From Candidatus Anstonellales archaeon (lineage in GTDB: Archaea > Micrarchaeota > Micrarchaeia > Anstonellales > J096): DNA of 64,000 bases. The position numbers and the translations under genes were made by a program. The DNA lies in the NCBI GenBank assembly GCA_038890615.1, contig JAWAFI010000001.1, forward strand, positions 130,611 to 194,610, read 5' to 3'. Below the pieces are notes generated by a model. The model had not been told where the DNA came from. It searched no databases and saw only the letters and a program-made list of their open reading frames with translations. Of this stretch, positions 38,998-48,474 are shown in pieces (position 1 is the first letter of the stretch; each line of letters opens with the position of its first letter).

Positions 38998-39605
38998 AGG
39001 ATACCACCTAATATCCCCCCGATGAGAGCGCAGACCATGTTTGAGGTTTCCTTTGTACCAAGCCCTTTTTCCTCAAATATTCCTGCAATGCTATCAGCCA
39101 TGTTGCCAATGAAGCCGGCAATAGTTATTGCGACCATTTGCTCTGCATTTGCTGAAAAGATAAAATGTGCTGAAAGGCCTATTGCTGCTGCTCCTGCAAG
39201 CGAGGCAAGCGTGCCAAGCAAGCTTACTGCTCCGCTCTTGCCTGCTCTTGTCTTCTTCGCTTTAAGCAAGCCGCTCAAGTCATAGGGGCTCTTGTCCATT
39301 ACCCCTATTTCTGAGGCAAACTTGTCAGAGGTTATTGCAGCTATGCTTGAGGCAAAAATAGGCCACTGGAAGAATGGGGAGAGCACAGCAAATATTGTTG
39401 GGAAGAGCCCATTTGAAGCGACATTCTTCCAACCCCTGTCATATTCATATAGGCCTGCCTCTTTCTTTTCCCAGTAGCCGTATTTTGTGACTGCTATTGA
39501 AAGAAGCAAGAAGATGAGCATAAGGAAGAGGTATGAAGAGCCTGCAAAAAAGTAGATGATGACCCCTATTAGAACAGCACAGGCGATCCCTGCAAAATCA
39601 AGCAT
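38994..39605 (-). CDS. DUF92 (TMEM19-like) membrane protein
   Basis: RGWKNVASNG, SDKFASEIG, SGAVSLLGT, DSIAG. Confidence 0.9.
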   Translation of the reverse strand: MLDFAGIACAVLIGVIIYFFAGSSYLFLMLIFLLLSIAVTKYGYWEKKEAGLYEYDRGWKNVASNGLFPTIFAVLSPFFQWPIFASSIAAITSDKFASEIGVMDKSPYDLSGLLKAKKTRAGKSGAVSLLGTLASLAGAAAIGLSAHFIFSANAEQMVAITIAGFIGNMADSIAGIFEEKGLGTKETSNMVCALIGGILGGIL

Positions 39606-40564
39606 CAGCATATCTCCACCTTTTTGCCTCCTATCCTTATATCCCTGCTTACGAACTCCTTTATAATCCTTGCAGATGTTAGAAGATGGCTGGAATGCTC
39701 ACTTACTGAGTAGGACGTAGCTCCTTTGGAAAGCGATGCATAAGGAAGGAGCTGGTCTGCCAAATAAGTATCAACCTCATATTGGTTTTCTTTGCTAAAT
39801 GATTCAAATGCTTCTTCTGCCAATTCTTCTGCCCTTTTTCCTTTCTCCCCTACAGAGCAAACACCTGTTGAGCCGCTCCATATGAGCAAAGAATTGCCTA
39901 TGCTTTCCTTTGTTTGGATTATGCGGATTCCCTCAATTCCTTTCTCAACAAGCACTTTTTTTTCCCTCAAGGCTATGGAAAAATCAAGGTTATCAACCCT
40001 TATTATTGCTTTTGTTTTGGATTTAGGCCAGAAGGAATTCCCTTTTGGCTGTGCAGGCTTAACCAAAAATCGCATTATGCCCCCTCCTTCTGGGTAGTAG
40101 CCGGGCTTAAGCAATGAGGATGAACAGCTTATGCCGAAGAAGGACAGGGAAGGAAGAAAAACCTCTGAGAAATATTCGTAAGTGGGGGCCCACTTAACAT
40201 GAGTCCCGCCTATGATTTCAACCTCGCTGGGCTTCTCTGCATAAATAAGTATAGGGATTAGAGTTTGCGCAACAAGCACAGCTGAGCCAGCAGTGCCTAT
40301 GTTGATCTTATACTTACCACCGACTATTTTCTTGGGGATGAATTCAAGAGTTGAGCTGCCTGGTTCAGCACCTTTCACTTCTGCACGTGAAACTTTCCTT
40401 GCAGCGCTTACTGCTGCCAAATGCTGGGGGGCTAATCCAGGGTTAGGCCTGTTGGCTCTTATATTTTCTAGTCTAAATGGCTTCTTGGTTATTGAAGATA
40501 AGGAGAGGCAGAGCCTTAATATCTGCCCTCCTCCTTCCATGGCAGATCCATCAATAAAAAGCAT
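39605..40564 (-). CDS. rtcA: RNA 3'-terminal phosphate cyclase
   Basis: IDGSAMEGGGQILR, IRANRPNPGLAPQH, GGTHV, GYYPEGGG, YLADQL, SHLLT. Confidence 0.95.
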   Translation of the reverse strand: MLFIDGSAMEGGGQILRLCLSLSSITKKPFRLENIRANRPNPGLAPQHLAAVSAARKVSRAEVKGAEPGSSTLEFIPKKIVGGKYKINIGTAGSAVLVAQTLIPILIYAEKPSEVEIIGGTHVKWAPTYEYFSEVFLPSLSFFGISCSSSLLKPGYYPEGGGIMRFLVKPAQPKGNSFWPKSKTKAIIRVDNLDFSIALREKKVLVEKGIEGIRIIQTKESIGNSLLIWSGSTGVCSVGEKGKRAEELAEEAFESFSKENQYEVDTYLADQLLPYASLSKGATSYSVSEHSSHLLTSARIIKEFVSRDIRIGGKKVEIC

Positions 40565-40565
40565 A

Positions 40566-40638
40566 AGCCCTGAGAGGGAATTGAACCCTCGGCCTCTTCC
40601 TTACCAAGGAAGCGCTCTGCCTACTGAGCTATCAGGGC
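40566..40638 (-). tRNA. tRNA-Thr(GGT)
   Basis: GCCCTGA/TCAGGGC acceptor, CTTCC-TTGGTAA-GGAAG anticodon arm, GAGGG-TTCAATT-CCCTC T arm. Confidence 0.96.
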
Positions 40639-40678
40639 TTCTTTGTAGATTTTTGGGTTAAGGGTTTTTATTGTTTTG

Positions 40679-41227
40679 CTATTCTAATACATCTGCTTCA
40701 AAGCCAGCCTCCCCTAAAAGCTTGGCAACCTCCTTGTGGTCTGCCTCGCCGTAGAATTTTGATTCTCCTGAAAGGAGGAATTTTGGCTTACTGAGGTTCC
40801 CTGAAAACTCCAAAAAGCCACCCCTGACAAAGCGAATGGGCTCTTTTATCAGTCCTTCTATTTTATCAGCAACTTCCTTATGTGCATTGCAGGAAGGGAA
40901 GGCTGCTATAACCCTTTGCCCTGAATCTGTGACCCCTGCCACGTATCTTACTGCTTTATTTTTCTGGGCAACTATGGCTACCTTAACTAAAGTGTTGGAG
41001 GAAAAAAGGCCAATGAAGCCGTTGTACTTCCATGTCGCTTGCTCTGCCTTTATGCTTTCCTTTACCATCTCTTCTAACACAGAATCCTTGTAACTTTGTA
41101 TGCTTTGCCTTACCCTACAATACAGGGACTCTTCAGAAACATTAAATAAGTGCTTTTTTAGTTTATCATAGAGAAGCTTGACCCTATCTGATACTGGTGG
41201 CTTAACCTTGGGTTTTTGGATTTTCAT
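40679..41227 (-). CDS. PHPT1/Janus/Ocnus-like protein, paralog 1
   Basis: VRYVAG...NAHKEV...RGGFL...LSGESKFYGEADH. Confidence 0.65.
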   Translation of the reverse strand: MKIQKPKVKPPVSDRVKLLYDKLKKHLFNVSEESLYCRVRQSIQSYKDSVLEEMVKESIKAEQATWKYNGFIGLFSSNTLVKVAIVAQKNKAVRYVAGVTDSGQRVIAAFPSCNAHKEVADKIEGLIKEPIRFVRGGFLEFSGNLSKPKFLLSGESKFYGEADHKEVAKLLGEAGFEADVLE

Positions 41228-41270
41228 AATGAAGCATATAAAGATAGGTGTTAAAAACTTTTAGTTTGGC

Positions 41271-41876
41271 TTAACCTGAAACCCTTGCTTTAATTCCTGC
41301 TGAAGTCAAAATGCCAACAACCTCTTTGTGGTCTGCTTCTCCGTATTTTTGGGATTCCCCAAAAACTTTTAGCTGGGGATTTTCAATGTCTCCTTCAACC
41401 TTAATCTTCCCCCCTTTTATTGAGCTGAGCTTCTCCTTCAATAAATCCTCAACAGCTTCAACTATGTCAGCATGGTATTCTAAAGGAAGGGCAGCAACAA
41501 CACGCTTTCCTGAAGAGGTGGTTCCAACAATATACTTGATAACAGAGGTTGAGGGAAGAATGAGTAGCACAGAATAATTTGCTGATGAGGAGGAGGAGAA
41601 AAGGCAGTTGTTGTAAACCTCCTTAAGGTGAGTTGAAGTCTCCATTTTGTTTAGAAGGTCTGTTACGGAAAAAATATCATAATCAGGTACTTTCATTCCC
41701 TCTAATTCGTTCAGCCTTTTTTCTATTTCAGGTGGTGCTTTGCCACCAAAAAAAGAATGGCGAAGTTCCTCATTTATAAGCTTTGGGAGTTCTTTATGCT
41801 TCTTAAGCAATAAACTCTCTGTCTCTGCCTTCTTTATTCCGTTCAGCACATTTGAAAGAGTTGATACATCAACCAT
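41271..41876 (-). CDS. PHPT1/Janus/Ocnus-like protein, paralog 2
   Basis: IKYIVG...EYHADIV...KGGKI...VFGESQKYGEADH. Confidence 0.72.
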   Translation of the reverse strand: MVDVSTLSNVLNGIKKAETESLLLKKHKELPKLINEELRHSFFGGKAPPEIEKRLNELEGMKVPDYDIFSVTDLLNKMETSTHLKEVYNNCLFSSSSSANYSVLLILPSTSVIKYIVGTTSSGKRVVAALPLEYHADIVEAVEDLLKEKLSSIKGGKIKVEGDIENPQLKVFGESQKYGEADHKEVVGILTSAGIKARVSG

Positions 41877-41946
41877 GTTTAGATAACTCCTTACTTGCTT
41901 ATAAATGCTTTTGCACTGAATTTTGAAAAATAGAAAACTGTCTTAT

Positions 41947-42393
41947 CTAGATATCAAAAAAGCAATCTATACCGATCCTTCTAAGCAATGAACCAACAGC
42001 TATGTGGTCTGCCTTTCCATAACGCATTGATTCGCCAAACAGCTTAACCCTTACCTCATCTCCACTTTTCCTAACCTCTATAAAGCCGCCCCTTATATTT
42101 TCCAAGGCTGTATTGGAATATTTTTCAAATGTCTCAACGATGTCTTTGTGAAACTCAAGGGGGAGCGCAAGGATCACCTTAGTTTTATTGCCATCAACAA
42201 TAGCATCACCTATTATATATTTCGTCTTTTGTTCTTCCCTAAGGGCAAGCATGACAAAAAGGTCAGAAGTTGAAAATTCAAAGGTTAAAAGCCCTTTTTC
42301 TTTTTTCCATTTTACATTTTTTTGACCATCCAAGAGTGGCTCGCCTCCCTCTTTGCACCTTTTTGGCAGAGAATGCTCCTCCTTTAGTTCCAT
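41947..42393 (-). CDS. PHPT1/Janus/Ocnus-like protein, paralog 3
   Basis: TKYIIG...EFHKDIV...RGGFI...LFGESMRYGKADH; SD GGTGAG. Confidence 0.68.
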   Translation of the reverse strand: MELKEEHSLPKRCKEGGEPLLDGQKNVKWKKEKGLLTFEFSTSDLFVMLALREEQKTKYIIGDAIVDGNKTKVILALPLEFHKDIVETFEKYSNTALENIRGGFIEVRKSGDEVRVKLFGESMRYGKADHIAVGSLLRRIGIDCFFDI

Positions 42394-42403
42394 CTTCTCA
42401 CCA

Positions 42404-42486
42404 AGCCCCAGATGGGGATTGAACCCATGACCTACCGCTTTCCTTGAGCATACAAGGCGGTCGCTCTGCCGCTGAGCTACTGGGGC
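42404..42486 (-). tRNA. tRNA-Thr(TGT) with 11-nt intron at 37/38 (about 42440-42450)
   Basis: GCCCCAG/CTGGGGC acceptor; ACCGC/GCGGT anticodon stem with 18-nt loop CTTGTA-TGCTCAAGGAA-A; ATGGG-TTCAATC-CCCAT T arm. Confidence 0.92.
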
Positions 42487-42491
42487 TAATA

Positions 42492-43742
42492 TTATGGAAT
42501 CATTAAGGGTTTTAAAGCGTTTTCCTCTTCAGCTGATAAATAGCGCAACTCGTGAAAGAATGGGTGGGAGATCGATGAGTATTCAAGAATGGCTCTTTTT
42601 ATCATTGATATCTCCTTTTCATTCCAAGCAGGCAATGAAAGTTTGGTTGGTTTAATTGAATCGTTCAAGATCCTTGCCTTATTGAAAGGGGTAGTCTTGA
42701 TTCGCGAGGTATAAAGGGCTTTATCAAGAAAATTCATATCTGCTTCTAAAAGGCTTAGCAAATCGTTGTTGTGGAGGAAAGCCCACTCTATCTTTTTAAA
42801 ATCTTCCTTAAGAAGCCTAAACCCTTCCTCTCTCAATAGGAGCGGGTTTTCCAATAGGGAAAGAATTCTCTTGCAGAAGCTCATAAATCTAGAAATATCA
42901 GGAAGCGAATGGTAAAGAAAGGCTAATGTTTCTGAAGCAATTAAAGTTTCTCTCTTTAAGTAGTGGATTTTTGCGGCAAGCTTTGGATCAAAGAAGAGAG
43001 CCAGACGAAAGGATTCTTTGGGCTCCATATCAACAGAATGAAAGAGATCAAGGTAATGGTTTTTGAGTTCCTTTAAGTATGAAAGGCATTTCTCGTTTGG
43101 ATTTGCCAAAGAAATGCCTTCAGACCAGAGTCTAATTAATTCCTTTGCATTCTGCACCGATAGAATTTGCGGAGGTGGTGGAGAGCGGTAAGCATCAGAA
43201 GAAAGCATCAGGTAGGACAATAAGGTAGAAGGCACTATTGAACTATTTTTTAAAGTTAGATAAACGAAATGGTTGTTAGCATATCTTAATACAATATGCC
43301 ATAAATCTTCATAAGCTTTTTTAGAGAAGTAATCTTCGGCTATCATATTTTTGTAATAAAGAAGTTCATCTGCACCACAGATATCAATATTAGAACTACC
43401 TATCCTTTCTTCAAGCAAAGGAGGCAAAAATACTTTTTTGATTTTTATCTCTTCATTTGATGAACCTGCCAGCAATCCCAACCTTTCCAAAAAAGACAGC
43501 TCATAAGGATCCAAAAAATTAGAGAGATGGATGGAAAAAGAAAAACCTTTTCCTTTGCTTGCCCTTCTTATTGCCTTTACACATTCATTCTCTGCTATGT
43601 TTTTTAGGATACTTAAAGAATTGCTTTTAGGCAAGGCATCTAAGTATTCCTTGTATGGTGCAAATGAAAGAATAGCAGAAAGCCTTTTTAAACACTCTGT
43701 TGGTTTTTGTATTTGCTTCATCTCCAGCTTCAGCGCTGCCAT
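42492..43742 (-). CDS. Orphan protein (416 aa)
   Basis: Long AT-rich ORF co-oriented with the MoxR-VWA operon. Confidence 0.7.
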   Translation of the reverse strand: MAALKLEMKQIQKPTECLKRLSAILSFAPYKEYLDALPKSNSLSILKNIAENECVKAIRRASKGKGFSFSIHLSNFLDPYELSFLERLGLLAGSSNEEIKIKKVFLPPLLEERIGSSNIDICGADELLYYKNMIAEDYFSKKAYEDLWHIVLRYANNHFVYLTLKNSSIVPSTLLSYLMLSSDAYRSPPPPQILSVQNAKELIRLWSEGISLANPNEKCLSYLKELKNHYLDLFHSVDMEPKESFRLALFFDPKLAAKIHYLKRETLIASETLAFLYHSLPDISRFMSFCKRILSLLENPLLLREEGFRLLKEDFKKIEWAFLHNNDLLSLLEADMNFLDKALYTSRIKTTPFNKARILNDSIKPTKLSLPAWNEKEISMIKRAILEYSSISHPFFHELRYLSAEEENALKPLMIP

Positions 43743-43750
43743 AAAATCCC

Positions 43751-44572
43751 CTACAGTTTAGGTTCCTTCATACCGTAATATCTACATGCATCTTTTATAA
43801 GCTCTTTTATCTTTTCTTTTTTCTCTTTTGAATCCAGTTCCCCCTCCAGGTTAGGAAGCTCCTCTATCACTAGCACAAAAAGCTGTTCTTCCAGGCTTTT
43901 TAAGTCTACTAATCCTTCAATATAGCAGTGGAGGAGCAGCTCCTTATTATTCTTTACCAGTTGGTTGAAAACCTCTTTATGATCCTTTCCAAATATAGAT
44001 GGAAGGAGCTTTATTAGAGCCCTTACTTCACTATCAGCAAGGGAAGAGATGCGCACATCGGAGAGTATTTTAGAGAGTGCTTTCTTCCCGTTTCCACCAA
44101 TCAGAGGGTTGTTTGGATCTAAGGCATTGATGCATAAGCTAAGGGCAAAAAGCTTAAGGTCTTCATCACTTTTGTAATAACTTGAAGCCTCGCTAAATTT
44201 CAAAAGGACTGCTGAGATGTCTTCTTCCAAAAGCTGCCTAAATTCCTCTTTCTTATAGTTTGATCTTATAAAATCTGCTATGTACTCTGCTGTGTATAAA
44301 GAAGATTTTAAAAACAGTTTAACTACTTCTCTTAGAGGCATCTTTAATCCCCTTGCCTTTATCTCTGAGAAAAATTCCCTAGCTTCATAAGCATAGAGTT
44401 CATCTATTTCCTTAAACTGTGCCAAAAGCTCATCATCGCTCATCAAGGTAAAGCTCTTCCTGCCCCAATGGTCATACTTGCTGAAGCCATCAAAGCCATA
44501 ATTTTTCCACTTCTTCTTCTCAAACTCTGTTATTGGCTTTTCTTTTCCATTTTTCTCTTTTGAACCTTTCAT
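43751..44572 (-). CDS. Orphan helical protein (273 aa)
   Basis: Starts 1 nt after the VWA gene stop. Confidence 0.72.
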   Translation of the reverse strand: MKGSKEKNGKEKPITEFEKKKWKNYGFDGFSKYDHWGRKSFTLMSDDELLAQFKEIDELYAYEAREFFSEIKARGLKMPLREVVKLFLKSSLYTAEYIADFIRSNYKKEEFRQLLEEDISAVLLKFSEASSYYKSDEDLKLFALSLCINALDPNNPLIGGNGKKALSKILSDVRISSLADSEVRALIKLLPSIFGKDHKEVFNQLVKNNKELLLHCYIEGLVDLKSLEEQLFVLVIEELPNLEGELDSKEKKEKIKELIKDACRYYGMKEPKL

Positions 44573-44573
44573 T

Positions 44574-47399
44574 CTATACCACCCCCCGTGCCCATTTTTC
44601 TATAAGCTTTGCTATATCATAGACCAAAGTGTTTAGATTTTCGTTGACAATTAAGTTATTATTATACATCTCTTTGAATACACCTATACTGCTGCAAGAA
44701 ACCACCACGCTTATTACTTCTATGTCTTTTGCCCTTGCCTCCTCAACTGCTTCCTTTACATCTTCTAGGGCTGGTTTGTTCATATAATCAGTATCATCAT
44801 GGCATGGTGAGCCATCGCTCACGATTATTAAAAGCTTTTTACCCTCTTTTTCTTCAAGCTTTTTCAGAGCATGCCTTATTGCTGCACCATCCCTGTTTGC
44901 AATGCCATTCATTAAGCCTAGTTCATCAGGAACTTGCAGAATAGGAACTCTCTCAATCGTTTCCGAGAAACTTTTTATTGGGAAGTAGTATGTAAGGTTT
45001 TTACCCTCTATTGAAACAAATGCTGAAATCTCTGAATCAATCAACGGAAGGCCATTAAGGGCTTTTGAAAGCACATACAATGCTTTACCCTCACGCTTAA
45101 TAGTGCCGCCGCGGGTTGAACCACTCAAATCAAAAAGCACAATGACATTTGCGCTTTGCCTTTCTTCCTTTCTTGTCATCCATATTTCAGGCTCTTCTAT
45201 TTCACCTTTTTCCTTCTCAACCTTCCATTTAAGGTATGCATTTATGTCTAATCTCTTGCCTCTTGAGCTAAGTGAATAATCAATATTCTCCTCAACTGCT
45301 TCTTCAAATGCCTTTTTTATAGGATTAACCAAAGAATCTAGTTCGGTGCTTGAGAATTTTTTTGTCTGGGGGTAGGGCATCTCTTTTACTATGTGGGTGA
45401 ATTTGTGGGTTTTGTAAACGTATAGAGCGCCTTTCTTCTTAAATGAGGTATCTAAGGCTGATTCAACCTCTATCTCCAACTCTTTCAAATGTTTCTCTTC
45501 TTTAGGGGTAAGAAGGTCCAACCCTTTTTTCTTACGATCATCCTCTTCCTTGCTTGCTTTCCTTATCCTATCAATTATCTCCTGCTTTTCCTTCTCTCCC
45601 TCGACAACCTGTGGATTAAGCTCATCGAGGGATCTTTGGGAAGAAGGTTTAGGAAGGTCATAGCCGCCTTCCTCCTCTTTCTTTTTCTCGCCCGAAGATT
45701 CTGGTTCATGTTCTTTGGCTTCATCCTTTTCCTCCTCTTCTGATGATTTAGATGGCTGACCATCATATGGTGGTTCTCCTTTATATCTCCCTACACAAAC
45801 TCTTGGCCCCTCTCCTTCTGGAGATTGCTTTCCTAATTGCGGGGGTGGCGGAATGTCAATAACCGGGGGTTTTTCAACTGAAGGTTCTTTCTCTCTTTTA
45901 GGAGGCACTGGAAAGTCGCCTTTTCTTTGATCATCCTTAGAAGGAGGTTTTTTAATTTGTGGGGGCAGTTTTTCCTTGATCTTCATATTAAGCCTTCTTT
46001 CTATAAGGTTTTTGTGGTATTTTTCAGCAATTATTTTCATTATCTTCATTGATGTATTAATGCTAACAGAAAGGTCAGCAGCTGGTTCCTTAACATCTTC
46101 AAGCAGCCTCAAAACCTCGGTAAGGTTTTTTGCAGTATCTGGGTGTATGGTTCCCTTTGCTCTTGGGGAGAAAGAAAGTTGTATAAGTGCTTCTAGGAAG
46201 TTGGTCAGATTGTCCTCTGGCTTTATGGGAGGCCTCTCGTTTATAACCTTCTCTACATACATTACGTAGTCATGCTCAAACCCAGGAAACCTAGTAAGCC
46301 CCAGACAGTCAATCCTAACATCCTCAACTATATTCAGGATCAACTTGAACAATTCAGGGTCTGGCATTTTATGAAGGAGATCATTGTATGTATCAAATTT
46401 TTTGTCGCTCCCAACCTTAAGCAAGCCTAAAAGATTTTTAGTTGAATTTTCTTTATAACTAACTTCTTTTTCTGTTTCTACCTCACGGCCTTTGTCCATC
46501 TCATTTTTTAATTTTTTAACCTCTTCATCAATCCTTTTCTTTATAAACACCATTAGGTGAAGAAGTTCGCTGTCAACCTTGCTTTTATCAAGTATGAAAC
46601 TGCCATCAGCAGATATGTGCATTGACTCATGCAAGGCAAGTATCCTAAAAGCAGCTATGTTGCTCAACCTGTCAGGAAATCTGTCAAGAACCTCAGGAAG
46701 ACAAACATAAGGAGGGTAAGCGCAAGGGGTTTCATCTTTTTTTAAGGGCCTTATGGTTGGGTCATAAAGCCCCCTAAGGACAACCCTAGCCACCCTCTGG
46801 AGCCTATCAGATATTTCATCGATTTTAACTGCCCTTTTCTCTTTTGATTTTATGAAACTATCTCTTATTGATTCTTTTTCTAAAAGAACCTTTTCCATTG
46901 CATTGTCATCTAAAGAAGAGGTTGACTTAAGCCAATCCCAAATAGGGCAAAATGGGTCTTTTATAAGCACCTCGCAAACAAGAGAGCAAAGAGCAGACGA
47001 GCTGGAAAACTTATTATTTGAGAAAACATTGTCCATTGTGCTCAGCAGCTCTTCTGCCCTGTGGAAGGGAAGGCCTTTTGAAAGCAGTTCTGGCAGCTCC
47101 TTTGAAAAGAAGCTTATGGTGGCTAGATTGGACTGCTTGTTTAAAAGATTGAGGGCTTTTACTATTTCCTCCTTTTCAAGGTTTTTGTAGGAGGAGGGGT
47201 TTGATTCTGCGAGGCTTACTATCAGCTTCCCTTTTTTCGTTGAGCAAAAACCTTCTTTCTTGAGCTCTTCCAATGCTGCCAAAACCTTTGATTCATAGCC
47301 AACCTCTCTATAAAGCCTCTCATAGTAGCCCCAATCCTTATAATAAGAGGGAGGATTATAAGATAAAGCATCTCTATTTTTGTGTGCCACTTTAATCAC
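44574..47399 (-). CDS. NorD/CbbO/CobT-like VWA protein with N-terminal HExxH metallopeptidase-like domain
   Basis: ALHESMH...LNIVEDVRID; Pro/Glu-rich linker; GKRLDI; MIDAS DLSGST, NRDGAAIRHA, IIVSDGSP. Confidence 0.88.
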   Translation of the reverse strand: MIKVAHKNRDALSYNPPSYYKDWGYYERLYREVGYESKVLAALEELKKEGFCSTKKGKLIVSLAESNPSSYKNLEKEEIVKALNLLNKQSNLATISFFSKELPELLSKGLPFHRAEELLSTMDNVFSNNKFSSSSALCSLVCEVLIKDPFCPIWDWLKSTSSLDDNAMEKVLLEKESIRDSFIKSKEKRAVKIDEISDRLQRVARVVLRGLYDPTIRPLKKDETPCAYPPYVCLPEVLDRFPDRLSNIAAFRILALHESMHISADGSFILDKSKVDSELLHLMVFIKKRIDEEVKKLKNEMDKGREVETEKEVSYKENSTKNLLGLLKVGSDKKFDTYNDLLHKMPDPELFKLILNIVEDVRIDCLGLTRFPGFEHDYVMYVEKVINERPPIKPEDNLTNFLEALIQLSFSPRAKGTIHPDTAKNLTEVLRLLEDVKEPAADLSVSINTSMKIMKIIAEKYHKNLIERRLNMKIKEKLPPQIKKPPSKDDQRKGDFPVPPKREKEPSVEKPPVIDIPPPPQLGKQSPEGEGPRVCVGRYKGEPPYDGQPSKSSEEEEKDEAKEHEPESSGEKKKEEEGGYDLPKPSSQRSLDELNPQVVEGEKEKQEIIDRIRKASKEEDDRKKKGLDLLTPKEEKHLKELEIEVESALDTSFKKKGALYVYKTHKFTHIVKEMPYPQTKKFSSTELDSLVNPIKKAFEEAVEENIDYSLSSRGKRLDINAYLKWKVEKEKGEIEEPEIWMTRKEERQSANVIVLFDLSGSTRGGTIKREGKALYVLSKALNGLPLIDSEISAFVSIEGKNLTYYFPIKSFSETIERVPILQVPDELGLMNGIANRDGAAIRHALKKLEEKEGKKLLIIVSDGSPCHDDTDYMNKPALEDVKEAVEEARAKDIEVISVVVSCSSIGVFKEMYNNNLIVNENLNTLVYDIAKLIEKWARGVV

Positions 47400-48381
47400 C
47401 TTTCTTTTTTGTTTTTTCTTCGCCTCCAGCAGCTGGAACTACTATATCGCTCAGTATGTTCTCTATTGTTTCTCCTGTGTCAAGCACAGCCGCCAAAACA
47501 ACCCTAAATGCATCCTTTACAGACAGCTTGTGGTTCTGGATCAGCTCAGCAGCAAGAACGCTTAGCCTTGTTCCTGGAAGCTCCTTGAAATCCATGCTTG
47601 CTCCCTCTCTAAGTTCTGTCATCACCCTTACCACCAAGGAAGCTATCTCTGTGTTTATGCCGTTTCCTTTTACAATGTCCTTCTCAACCTCTGGCGGGGG
47701 ATATTCAAGCACCGCGCATATGAACCTTTGCTCAAATGCAGGAGGAAGCTTCTTTTTTGTGTATTTTGAGCCTGGGTTGTAGGAAGCAACAAGCATAAAT
47801 TTGTCATCTGGTCTTATGAGCTCCCCTGTATCAGGAACCACTACAAATCTCCTGTGGTCTGTTATTGAGTAAAGCATGCTCAGCGTCTCGCTGTCCACAT
47901 TAACCACTTCATCAAAATAGAATATAGCCCCCCCAACTATTGCTTTTACAAGAAGCCCATCCTCCCAAGCAAAGTAATCGCCAAATGGGATGAGCTTTCC
48001 AACCACATCAGTTGAGTTTATGTTGTTGTGGCTAAGCACTGTAACAAGAGGTAGATCTTCCTTTTGGGCCATATGCTGGAGGAATGTCGTCTTGCCAACC
48101 CCTGTCGGGCCCTTTATCAAAAGCGGCTTCTTAAGGGCTTTGCACGCTTTGAATAAAGGCATCAGGTTTCCATAGTCAACATAAAAGATGTGTTCTTTCT
48201 CCTTGAATGCTTCAAGCTCCTCTAATATGGCTTTCTTATTTCTTACTGGAAGGATTATCATTTTGCCTGTCTGCTCTGCAACCCTTATCTTCCCCTGCTG
48301 CTCAAGCCTCATCAAGGCCTCTGAAAGAGGCAGTTTTCCTTTAAATGAATTCAAATCCTCTGCAACTGTTTTTTCCACCAT
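47392..48381 (-). CDS. MoxR-family AAA+ ATPase (CbbQ/NirQ/NorQ type)
   Basis: KGPTGVGKT, WEDGLL, YFDEV, SITDHRR, LVASYNPG, QRF, GTRL; start re-placed at ATG 48381. Confidence 0.92.
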   Translation of the reverse strand: MVEKTVAEDLNSFKGKLPLSEALMRLEQQGKIRVAEQTGKMIILPVRNKKAILEELEAFKEKEHIFYVDYGNLMPLFKACKALKKPLLIKGPTGVGKTTFLQHMAQKEDLPLVTVLSHNNINSTDVVGKLIPFGDYFAWEDGLLVKAIVGGAIFYFDEVVNVDSETLSMLYSITDHRRFVVVPDTGELIRPDDKFMLVASYNPGSKYTKKKLPPAFEQRFICAVLEYPPPEVEKDIVKGNGINTEIASLVVRVMTELREGASMDFKELPGTRLSVLAAELIQNHKLSVKDAFRVVLAAVLDTGETIENILSDIVVPAAGGEEKTKKKGD

Positions 48382-48474
48382 ATTTACCACGATAATACTA
48401 CTCAAAAATAGTATTAAATACTTCAGATTGAAAATTTTAAAAAAAATAAATCTTAAAGAAAAATTTAAAATAAA

